Below, piece after piece: positions 23,652-31,469 of a stretch of DNA of 43,222 nucleotides. A program made the position numbers and the translations under genes. Source of the DNA: Actinomycetes bacterium. Lineage in GTDB: Bacteria > Actinomycetota > Acidimicrobiia > Acidimicrobiales > Palsa-688. The notes below the pieces were generated by a model. That model had not been told where the DNA came from, made no database searches, and worked only from the letters and a program-made list of their open reading frames with translations. The DNA lies in contig JAJZWW010000001.1 of the NCBI GenBank assembly GCA_021846485.1, forward strand, positions 1-43,222. Reading direction: 5' to 3'. Positions within the stretch are counted from its first letter, which is position 1, and every line of letters starts with the position of its first letter.

Positions 23652-24308
23652 TTGCTGATCCGCGCTGCCTCTGCGCTCGGCGCCGGTGTCGCGACGCTGT
23701 CGGTCGCTGCGGTGGTCGCCGCAACCGGGGCCGGGCTCGTGGCCCTCGTCGGGGCGGGCGCCGCGCTCCAGGTCTCCGATGCCCCGCCTGCGGCTGCCCC
23801 ACCGTCGAGCCGAGCGGCCTCGGAGGTCCCAGCCGCCTACCTGCGGGCCTTCCGGGCCGCGGCGGTCACCTGCCCCGGCCTTCCCTGGAGCGTGCTTGCC
23901 GGCATCGGCCGGGCGGAGAGCGACTTCGGCGCCGACCCCCAGACCTCACCGGCCGGCGCCGTCGGGCCGATGCAGTTCCTCCCCTCCACATTCGCCGCCT
24001 ACGACACGCCGGTCCCGCCCGGCGGGGTCACGCCCCCGAGCCCCTACGACCCGCTAGACGCGATCTACGCCGCGGCGCGCCTGTTGTGCGCGAACGGTGC
24101 CGAGGGCGGCACCGACATCCCCGGCGCCATCTACGCCTACAACCACAGCAGGGCTTACGTCGACGAGGTCCTCTCCTACGCCGCCGCCTACTCCGCACCG
24201 GCGCCCCCGTCGGCCGTCCCCCCGCCCCGCCGCGGTCGGGGCGGTCGGCTACGCCCTCGCCCAGGTCGACAGGCGAAACGGTCCAGCAGGCAAGTTTCTC
24301 CTGGGTAG
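23652..24308 (+). CDS. secreted or membrane-anchored lytic transglycosylase (SLT domain), 3-prime end probably degenerate
   Basis: A TTG at 23652 lies 5 nt after AGGAG. There is an N-terminal hydrophobic signal or anchor. SLT motifs are GIGRAESDFG (catalytic Glu), GPMQFLPSTF and AYNHS. The last 30 or so codons (PPRRGRGGRLRPRPGRQAKRSS...) look like out-of-frame read-through. Confidence 0.78.
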   Translation: MLIRAASALGAGVATLSVAAVVAATGAGLVALVGAGAALQVSDAPPAAAPPSSRAASEVPAAYLRAFRAAAVTCPGLPWSVLAGIGRAESDFGADPQTSPAGAVGPMQFLPSTFAAYDTPVPPGGVTPPSPYDPLDAIYAAARLLCANGAEGGTDIPGAIYAYNHSRAYVDEVLSYAAAYSAPAPPSAVPPPRRGRGGRLRPRPGRQAKRSSRQVSPG

Positions 24309-24368
24309 TTGCCGCTCGGGGCCCTGATCCGGCATCGAATGCACCCAGCTCGCCTCAATGCGCCCAGT

Positions 24369-24391
24369 TCTGGACGGTTCGCCGTCCCAGA
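24369..24391. terminator. GC-rich hairpin GGACGG-ttcg-CCGTCC (extended stem with one bulge)
   Basis: The stem pairs 24372-24377 with 24382-24387. It lies in the non-coding gap between convergent genes. There is no U-tract. Confidence 0.35.
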
Positions 24392-24429
24392 TGCCCGTCG
24401 GACCGCGAAAGTGATGTCATGGCGCGCCT

Positions 24430-24449
24430 CCGGACGGTGCGCCGTCCGG
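24430..24449. terminator. perfect 8-bp hairpin CCGGACGG-tgcg-CCGTCCGG
   Basis: The stem pairs 24430-24437 with 24442-24449. Its core is near-identical to the hairpin 58 nt upstream. It lies between convergent genes. Confidence 0.4.
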
Positions 24450-24509
24450 GGTCCAGGCCGAAGCGCCTGTCCTGCGGCCAGGTCGGGCTCTCGTTGCCCG
24501 GCGGGCGGC

Positions 24510-25226
24510 CTACCGGGTGTCGACTCGCCGGAACGCCTCGGCGTAGCGGCCCTCGGGCAGGCCGCCGGCGGCAGCGGTGCGGCCCATCCACTCCCGGAGC
24601 ATCGGCTCCAACCGGCCGTTGCGGTCGGTCTCCTGGCTGACGTGGGCGCGCAGGGCGGTGGCCTTGAGCTCGAAGTGCTCGGTCAAGTCCAGGACCACGT
24701 CGGGATCGGGCCCGCCGACGACCCAGACCTCCTCCACCGAGTGGGGGGCGAGCCCCTCGGCCGCCAGCTCAGGGTGGGCGAAGGGGTTGCGGGCGTCGGG
24801 GTAGACGGCGCACAGGGTCGCCTCGCCGGCTGCGAGGTGGTCGGGGTGGCTGCCGTGGATGCTCCCCCAGTTGCGCTGCGGGCACTGGCAGATCACCCGC
24901 TTCGGGCGCACCGTGCGGATCACCCGGGACAGGTCTCGCCGCAGCCGCGTGCTCACCTCGACCCGACCGTCGGGGTGGCCGAGCCAGTGGAGGTCCTCGA
25001 CCCCGAGGACTCGGGCGGCCTCGGTCTGTTCTGCCCGGCGGATCCGGGGGATCTCCGCCCGTGGCACGTCGGGGTCGAAGCCGCCGGCGTCGCCGTCGGT
25101 CACCAGGCAGTACGACACCCGCCAGCCGCTGGCCACCAGGAAGGCCACGGTGGCCCCCGATCCGTAGTCGATGTCGTCGGGGTGGGCGGCCACCACCAGG
25201 GCGCAAGGGGCAGAGTCTTCGGTCAC
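24510..25226 (-). CDS. PIG-L/LmbE-family N-acetylglucosaminyl deacetylase
   Basis: The 238-aa ORF has the motifs [14 protein letters not shown] and HPDH, plus a conserved Asp/His metal-ligand pattern. The start is GTG at 25226. I cannot say from sequence alone whether it is MshB/Mca-like. Confidence 0.87.
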   Translation of the reverse strand: MTEDSAPCALVVAAHPDDIDYGSGATVAFLVASGWRVSYCLVTDGDAGGFDPDVPRAEIPRIRRAEQTEAARVLGVEDLHWLGHPDGRVEVSTRLRRDLSRVIRTVRPKRVICQCPQRNWGSIHGSHPDHLAAGEATLCAVYPDARNPFAHPELAAEGLAPHSVEEVWVVGGPDPDVVLDLTEHFELKATALRAHVSQETDRNGRLEPMLREWMGRTAAAGGLPEGRYAEAFRRVDTR

Positions 25227-25285
25227 CGGGTCAAGGTACTTCCGGGCGCTGCCCGACCACGTCAGGGCACCCTACGATCGGCGGG

Positions 25286-26482
25286 ATGCCCGTTACTGCC
25301 ACGGACCCCGACCTGGCCGACGAGCTCGTCGCCACCGTGCGCCGCTTCGTCGAGCGGGAGGTGCTGCCCTCCGTCGCGGAGCTTGAGTCCGCCGACCGCT
25401 ACCCCGAGGAGCTGGTGGCCGGCCTGCACGAGATGGGCCTCTTCGGGGCGACGGTCCCCGTCGACCGCGGCGGCTTGGGCCTCGACACCGTGACCTACGC
25501 CCGCATCGTCGAGGAGCTGAGTGTCGGGTGGATGTCGCTGGCCGGGGTGGTCAACACCCACCTGATCGTGGCCGCGCTGATCGCCACCCACGGCACTGCA
25601 TCCCAGCGGGAACGGTGGTTGCCGCGCCTGGCGAGCGGAGAGGTGCGTGCCGCTCTGTCGCTGTCGGAGCCCGACGCGGGTAGCGACACCCGGGCGCTGC
25701 GCTGCGCGGCCCGACCCGACGGTGAGGGCTACGTCCTCGACGGCACCAAGCTGTGGGTGACCAACGGGGAGCGTGCCGGGCTGGTGGCCCTCGCGGCGCG
25801 CGCCCCGGAGGGGATCACCTGCTTCCTCGTGGAGAAGGAGCCCGGCCCCCGGTCGGGGGGCATCACCGTGACCCGCCACATCGACAAGCTCGGCTACCGG
25901 GGGGTGGAGACCGTCGAGATGTCCTACGAGGGCCACTGGGTCCCCGCCGACGCCGTCCTCGGGGGGAGCGGCGCACCGGGAGGCGACGGCGGGGAGGGCG
26001 GGGGCCTCGGACGGGGTCTGGCCCAGGTGCTCGGCGGTCTCGAGCTCGGCCGGGTCAACGTCGCCGCGCGCGGCGTCGGCCTGGCGCGCGCCGCGTTCGA
26101 GACGGCCATCCGCTATGCCCAGCAGCGCCACGCCTTCGGCGTGCCCATCGCCGGCCACCAGGCGATCGCCTTCAAGCTGGCCGACATGGCCACCAGGGTC
26201 GAGGCTGCCCGGCTGCTGGTGCGCTCGGCGGCCGAGCGCCTCGACCGGGGGGAGCGGGCAGACGTGGAGGCCGGGATGGCCAAGCTGTTCGCCTCCGAGG
26301 CGGCGATGGAGAACGCCGCCGAGGCGATGCGGGTGCTCGGCGGCTATGGCTACACCACCGACTCTCCCGTGGAGCGCCTGTACCGCGACGCGCCGCTGCT
26401 CGTGATCGGCGAGGGGACCAACGAGATCCAGCGGATCGTCGTCACCCGGCGCCTGCTCGAGCGTTACTCCGTCGAGGGCTGA
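25286..26482 (+). CDS. acyl-CoA dehydrogenase
   Basis: The start is ATG at 25286 ([15 protein letters not shown]...). ACAD motifs are present: [29 protein letters not shown] and the C-terminal catalytic region [10 protein letters not shown]. Confidence 0.93.
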   Translation: MPVTATDPDLADELVATVRRFVEREVLPSVAELESADRYPEELVAGLHEMGLFGATVPVDRGGLGLDTVTYARIVEELSVGWMSLAGVVNTHLIVAALIATHGTASQRERWLPRLASGEVRAALSLSEPDAGSDTRALRCAARPDGEGYVLDGTKLWVTNGERAGLVALAARAPEGITCFLVEKEPGPRSGGITVTRHIDKLGYRGVETVEMSYEGHWVPADAVLGGSGAPGGDGGEGGGLGRGLAQVLGGLELGRVNVAARGVGLARAAFETAIRYAQQRHAFGVPIAGHQAIAFKLADMATRVEAARLLVRSAAERLDRGERADVEAGMAKLFASEAAMENAAEAMRVLGGYGYTTDSPVERLYRDAPLLVIGEGTNEIQRIVVTRRLLERYSVEG

Positions 26483-26614
26483 ACTGGCACGCCCCGGGTC
26501 CACCGGGGGCGGGCCGCCCCGTCTCGTCACCCAGTCGGCGACGTCCAGGGCTCGACCGGGGGACCGGGCCCGCCTGGTCGGTCCGGACGCAGCGGAGGTA
26601 GGGTCGTCGGCGTC

Positions 26615-28717
26615 GTGGACTGGGCGGTCGTCTCCTACGCGTTCGTCGTCGGCATGGCAGCGACGGTCAACCCGTGCGGGGCGGCCATGCTGCCCGCCTA
26701 CCTGGGCTGGTTCACCCGCTCCGGAAGGCCGAAGCGCTCCCACCGGGTCGGCCGGGCGGTCGCGTCGGGGATCGGTGCCACGCTCGGCTTCGTCGTGGTC
26801 TTCGGGGTGGCTGGAGGCCTGGTCGCCGCCGGCCTCGGGGCGGTCATGGACGCCACCCCCTACGTGGGGATCGCAGTCGGGGTGGCGCTGGTGGTGGTCG
26901 GCGTGCTCAGCGCCGTCGGGCGCCCGGTGGGGCTGCACCTGCCGGGCTCGGGTCGAGCTCTCGGTGGCCCAGGGCGCGGCCCGCGGGCGGTGGTCGGCTT
27001 CGGCGTCTCCTACGGGCTGGCGTCGCTCGGTTGCGCGCTGCCGGTGTTCCTGGCCGGCGTGACCTCCGCCTTCACCCGGGTGGGACCGGTCGGCGGCGTC
27101 GCCGCGTTCCTCGCCTATGCCCTCGGGATGGGAGCCGTGCTCACTGCCCTGGCGGTGGTCGTGGCCGTCGCCCCCGGCACCAGGCTGCGCTCCACGAGGG
27201 CTGCGGGAAGCTGGCTGCAGCGGCCCGCGGGTGTCCTGCTCGTCGCGGTGGGCGTCTACATCGTCTACTACTGGGTGGTCGGCGGCCTTCTGGTCAGCCG
27301 GTCGGCGTCGGGCCCGATCGCCGCGGTGGACGCGGTGACCAGCCGGCTGGAGGCGCTGATGAGCCCTCGGATGGGGATCGTGCTGGCCGCCCTGGTGGCT
27401 GTGGTCGGCACCGCCGCCTGGTTGGTGGGGCGCCGGCGTCCCGGTGGGAGGTGGGGCGGCGACGGCTCGGAGAGTGGCCCGACCACCCCGGCGAGCCGCG
27501 GCGTCCCCGAGGCCGCCGCCTCGGGCGGCTCGTGGTGGGCGGACCACCCCCGGCTGCGCCGGGCTCGGCCGTTCGCCGCGGTCGGCCTCGCGGGGGCGGC
27601 GGTAGAAGCCGCGCTGCTCGGAGGGCTCGTCGGTCCCGGTGGCCACCGGCCGGGGACCGCAGCGCCTGCCGCGGTGGCGAGCACCTCGTCGCCGGTGAGC
27701 GCCGGCGTCGAGGCGACCCTCGGCCTCGACTGGTTGCCGGCCCCGGGATCCCAGCCCGCACCATTCGCGCTCACCGACCAGCGCGGGCGGCGGGTGAGCC
27801 TCGCGTCGCTCCGGGGCCGGGCGGTGGTCCTCACCTTCAACGACAACCACGGTCAGGAGCTGTCCCCCCTCTACGCCGCCGACGTACGCGCCGCGGTCGC
27901 CGACCTCGGCCCACTCGCCCGCCGGGTCGCCTTCGTCGGCGTCGACGTCAACCCCTTCCACCCCGCGGTGGCCTCGGACGTGGCCTTCGACCGGGCCGAA
28001 GGCCTGGCCGGCGTGAAGCAGTGGTACTTCCTCACCGGCACCCTCCCGTCGCTCGAAGCGGTATGGAGGGCCTACGGCGAGCAGCCGACGATCGGTCCCC
28101 ACCACGTCGTCGAGCACGATTCCAGCATCCGCTTCATCGGCCCGCACGGGGTGCTCCGGGCGGTCGGCGCCTACGGGCCCTCTTCGGCCGACACCGGCCG
28201 GTGGGGCTACGACCTGGCCACCGTCGCCGAAGCCCTCCTCGGAGCCCACACCCCCCTGGCCGCCCGGACGGCGCTCACCCCGCCGGCGTCCCGGCCCACC
28301 GCGGCGGCGGGCTTCTCGCTGCCCAACGCGGTCCCCGTCGGTCCTCGCCGGCTCACCCTCGCCGGCCTCGCCGGCCACCCCGTCGTGCTCAACTTCTTCG
28401 CGTCGTGGTGCAGTGCCTGCCGCGCCGAGGCCACCGGAGTGGAGGCCGCCGCCCGCCGCTACGCCGGGAAGGTCGACTTCGTCGGCGTCGACGTCAACGA
28501 CACCCGTGCGTCGCTCCGGCGCTACGTCGCCGGGCACCACCTGAGCTACCCCGTCGGCTTCGACGCCCGGGGGTCGGCCGCTGCCGCCTACGGGGTCACC
28601 GGGCTGCCGACCACGGTGTTCATCTCGGCGACCGGATCGGTGGTCGCCCGCCACGTCGGTGGGATCGGCGCCACCGCGCTCGACCGCCAGCTGGCGGGGA
28701 TGTCCCCGGGGAGCTGA
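26615..28717 (+). CDS. triple fusion: CcdA/DsbD-type thiol-disulfide transporter, Sco-like domain lacking CxxxC, and TlpA/ResA-like thioredoxin
   Basis: The ORF is 700 aa. The CcdA core has TVNPCGAAMLP (Cys21) and ASLGCALPVF (Cys140). The Sco1/SenC-like fold reads VVLTFNDNHGQELSP ... WYFLTG ... VVEHDSSIRFIGPHG. The C-terminal redoxin reads VVLNFFASWCSACRAE ... GLPTTVFI. The start is GTG at 26615. Confidence 0.85.
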   Translation: MDWAVVSYAFVVGMAATVNPCGAAMLPAYLGWFTRSGRPKRSHRVGRAVASGIGATLGFVVVFGVAGGLVAAGLGAVMDATPYVGIAVGVALVVVGVLSAVGRPVGLHLPGSGRALGGPGRGPRAVVGFGVSYGLASLGCALPVFLAGVTSAFTRVGPVGGVAAFLAYALGMGAVLTALAVVVAVAPGTRLRSTRAAGSWLQRPAGVLLVAVGVYIVYYWVVGGLLVSRSASGPIAAVDAVTSRLEALMSPRMGIVLAALVAVVGTAAWLVGRRRPGGRWGGDGSESGPTTPASRGVPEAAASGGSWWADHPRLRRARPFAAVGLAGAAVEAALLGGLVGPGGHRPGTAAPAAVASTSSPVSAGVEATLGLDWLPAPGSQPAPFALTDQRGRRVSLASLRGRAVVLTFNDNHGQELSPLYAADVRAAVADLGPLARRVAFVGVDVNPFHPAVASDVAFDRAEGLAGVKQWYFLTGTLPSLEAVWRAYGEQPTIGPHHVVEHDSSIRFIGPHGVLRAVGAYGPSSADTGRWGYDLATVAEALLGAHTPLAARTALTPPASRPTAAAGFSLPNAVPVGPRRLTLAGLAGHPVVLNFFASWCSACRAEATGVEAAARRYAGKVDFVGVDVNDTRASLRRYVAGHHLSYPVGFDARGSAAAAYGVTGLPTTVFISATGSVVARHVGGIGATALDRQLAGMSPGS

Positions 28718-28816
28718 TCTCTCGCGGAGCACGATGTCCCCCGGGCACCGGGCGGTCCCGCCGGCCCGGGGAGCGGACCCGGTGCGCAGGCGGGAGGCGG
28801 ACGGCAACCGGCCGGA

Positions 28817-29653
28817 TCAACGGTCGCCGCCTTCGGCGGCCAGGCGGGCCATCTCGCGCCCCACGAGGTCGAGGCGTGCCTCGGCGAGGAGGGGCAGGGC
28901 TCGGCGCTGTCGCCGGGAGGCGGCCGGCTCGATGTCGGCGAACAGCAGCGACGGCTGCGCTCGCGGAGCCCGGGCGACAACCCGGCCGCTCGGGTCGAGG
29001 ACCCGGCTACCCCCCCAGAAGTTGGCTCCCGTCTCGGTCCCGACCCGGTTGACGAACAGCACCCAGCACTGCTGCATCCGGGCCATCCAACCGAGGAGCT
29101 GATCCCAGTAGGCCTCGGGGTCGACCGAGCCGGGCGCGAGGTCCTCGGCGCTGTTGGCCGGCACGAAGAGGATCTCGGCGCCGTCCTGGGCGGCGATCCA
29201 GGGCAACGGCGCCTGCCATGCGTCGTTGCAGACGAGCACCGCCGCGCGCCCGTAGCGCGTGTCGAAGGCTCGGAGCGACTGGCCGGGGCTGGTGTGCTTG
29301 CGCTCCTCCCAAGCGAGGTAGGTGGGCAGGTACAGCTTGCGCTGCACGTGGACCACCGCACCCCCCGACAGGTAGGCGACCGCGTTGTGGGTCCGCACCC
29401 CGGCAGACTCGTGGAACCCGACGACCACGTCGGGGTTGCTGACCGAGAGCGCAGCGAGGCGTGGGTCGCCGGCGGCGAGGCTGCGGTCGCCGGCCACCGC
29501 GCCGAGGTCGTAGCCGTGGGTCGCGAGCTCCGGGAAGACGACCAGCTCGGCCCCCTGCCGGGCGGCTTCGGACACCACCTTCGCGATGTTCCCCAGGTTG
29601 GCGTCGGGGTCGCCGAGGACGACGTCGACCTGCGCGAGCGCCACGCGGAACAT
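28817..29653 (-). CDS. carbon-nitrogen hydrolase (nitrilase superfamily)
   Basis: The start is ATG at 29653 (MFRVALAQVDVV...). The Glu-Lys-Cys triad contexts are VVFPELA, VQRKLYLP and AVLVCNDAW. The longer track ORF, which runs to 29761, would overlap the upstream gene. Confidence 0.87.
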   Translation of the reverse strand: MFRVALAQVDVVLGDPDANLGNIAKVVSEAARQGAELVVFPELATHGYDLGAVAGDRSLAAGDPRLAALSVSNPDVVVGFHESAGVRTHNAVAYLSGGAVVHVQRKLYLPTYLAWEERKHTSPGQSLRAFDTRYGRAAVLVCNDAWQAPLPWIAAQDGAEILFVPANSAEDLAPGSVDPEAYWDQLLGWMARMQQCWVLFVNRVGTETGANFWGGSRVLDPSGRVVARAPRAQPSLLFADIEPAASRRQRRALPLLAEARLDLVGREMARLAAEGGDR

Positions 29654-29726
29654 CCCCCCGGCCGGCCTGGCTGTACCGCTGGGCTCCCGGGGCGCCGGCT
29701 CCCCGGCCGGCGACGATCCCGGGGGC

Positions 29727-30641
29727 TCAGGCAGCGGTCGCCGGGGTGGCGAGGGCCGCACGGAAGAACCCGTCGAGGCGGGCCACGAGATCCCGGAACA
29801 CCGGGTGGTCGTCGAACATCCACTCGGTGTGCCCGGCGCCCTCCAGCATCACCAGCTCCTTGGGCTCGGCGGCGGCCTGGTAGAGCGCTCGGGCTTCCTC
29901 GGGGCGGTGGAGGCGGTTGTCGGTCCCGTGGACGACCAGCAGCGGACGGCCGGCCAGGAGGTGGACCGCCCGCTCGGGCCGGAAGCGCAGGAGCAGCTCC
30001 GCCGACTCGAGGCTGACGCCGCTGCCGAACCCTGGCGCCCGGTACAGCTCTTCTCCGACGTAGCCGTCGGTGCTCGCGTCGAGGTCGAGGCGCACGATGT
30101 CCCACGGGGAGGTGATCTCCGAGCGCCCGGTCGTCGCCCTCCCGCAGCGGTCGGCTTCCACCCGCTCGAGGAGGGCGGCCCACGACGCCTCGTCGTGCAT
30201 CGCCCTGGTGGAGCGTTCCCCGTCGCCGATGGCGTTGACCGCGGCCACGGCACGTACCCGGGGATCCTCGCTCGCCTCGGCCACCACCACCCCTCCGCCC
30301 ATGCCCCAGCCGAGCAGCCCGATCCGGCGGGGGTCGACCCCGTCGGAGCAGCTCGCCCGGTCGACCGCAGCCCGCAGGTCCTCGACCCAGTCCTGCGGGG
30401 CGAGCCTGCCGCGCTCGCCCTCGCTGGCGCCGAAACCCCGGTAGTCGAAGGCCATCACCGCGTACCCGAGGGGGGTCAGGGCGCGGGCGAAGCGTTCCGG
30501 GTGGATCACCTTGAGCCCCTGGTAGCCCGAGGAGGCGATCACCAGGGGGTGGCCGCCAGCGGGGACCGCCCCCCCGGGGAGGTGCAGGTCGGCGTCGAGG
30601 CGGCAGCGCCGGCTGAAGAACGGGATCGGTCTGCTCGCCAC
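29727..30641 (-). CDS. alpha/beta-fold hydrolase family protein with Gly in the nucleophile position
   Basis: The ORF is 304 aa. The nucleophile elbow reads LLGWGMGGG instead of G-x-S-x-G. The Asp (VVHGTDNRL) and His (GAGHTEW) contexts are retained. The start is GTG at 30641. Confidence 0.78.
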   Translation of the reverse strand: MASRPIPFFSRRCRLDADLHLPGGAVPAGGHPLVIASSGYQGLKVIHPERFARALTPLGYAVMAFDYRGFGASEGERGRLAPQDWVEDLRAAVDRASCSDGVDPRRIGLLGWGMGGGVVVAEASEDPRVRAVAAVNAIGDGERSTRAMHDEASWAALLERVEADRCGRATTGRSEITSPWDIVRLDLDASTDGYVGEELYRAPGFGSGVSLESAELLLRFRPERAVHLLAGRPLLVVHGTDNRLHRPEEARALYQAAAEPKELVMLEGAGHTEWMFDDHPVFRDLVARLDGFFRAALATPATAA

Positions 30642-30693
30642 GCTCCATCCTTGCCCAGGGACCCGGCGCCGCCCGAGCGGGACGCCAGCTCTC

Positions 30694-31455
30694 CTACTGT
30701 AGCCCGACCGGCGTCCCGGAGAGGAAGGGCCCGACTACCCCCAGCCAGTCCTCGGGCGCCTCGAGGTGGCAGGCGTGGCCGGTGCCGGGGATCACTGCGA
30801 GGCGCGCCTTGCCGCCGAGGCAGGACACGATCCGTTCGGCGAGCGCCCGGTAAGCGGCGTCCAGCTCGCCGGCGACCACGAGAGCCGGCGAGCGCACTTC
30901 CCCCAAGCGGTCCCAGAGGGGCTCCTGGCGCCCGGCACCGGCCAGGCGAAGGCTCGACGCCAGGCCCTCGGCCGTGGCGCCGAGACGGGCCTCGAGGGCT
31001 GCCGCCTCGGCGGGGAGCGTGGAGAACAGCGGGCGCGACAGCCACCAGCGGAGGAGCTCGGGGACCCCGTCGCGCTCGACGCGGCGGGCGATCTCCTCGT
31101 CGGCGTCCACCCGGGCGGCGCGTGCCGTCGGGTCCTCGATGCCGGCGGTGGCGCTCACGAGCACCAGCCGCCGGACCAGCTCCGGGTGGCGGACGGCGAC
31201 GTGGAGGGCCACCCGGCCGCCCATCGAGTAGCCGACGTAGGCGGCCCTCTCGCCGGCCTCGGCGACGAGATCGGCGGTCTCCCAGAGCCCGGCGCGCACC
31301 CCCGCCGAGCCGCCGTGGCCCGGCAAGTCGAGGGCGACCACCTCGTGGACGCCGGCCAGCCGTTCGGCCAGGGGGCCCCACACATCGGCCGACTGGGTGA
31401 AACCGTGGAGCAGCACCACCCGGCTGCCCTTTCCCCGACTACGACCGCTCAGCAC
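30694..31455 (-). CDS. menH: 2-succinyl-6-hydroxy-2,4-cyclohexadiene-1-carboxylate synthase-like alpha/beta hydrolase
   Basis: Motifs are VVLLHGF and GYSMGG, with a C-terminal GHACHLE. It lies divergent and directly adjacent to menD. The assignment rests on the fold plus gene context. Confidence 0.75.
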   Translation of the reverse strand: MLSGRSRGKGSRVVLLHGFTQSADVWGPLAERLAGVHEVVALDLPGHGGSAGVRAGLWETADLVAEAGERAAYVGYSMGGRVALHVAVRHPELVRRLVLVSATAGIEDPTARAARVDADEEIARRVERDGVPELLRWWLSRPLFSTLPAEAAALEARLGATAEGLASSLRLAGAGRQEPLWDRLGEVRSPALVVAGELDAAYRALAERIVSCLGGKARLAVIPGTGHACHLEAPEDWLGVVGPFLSGTPVGLQ

Positions 31456-31469
31456 CCGATGATGGTGCC

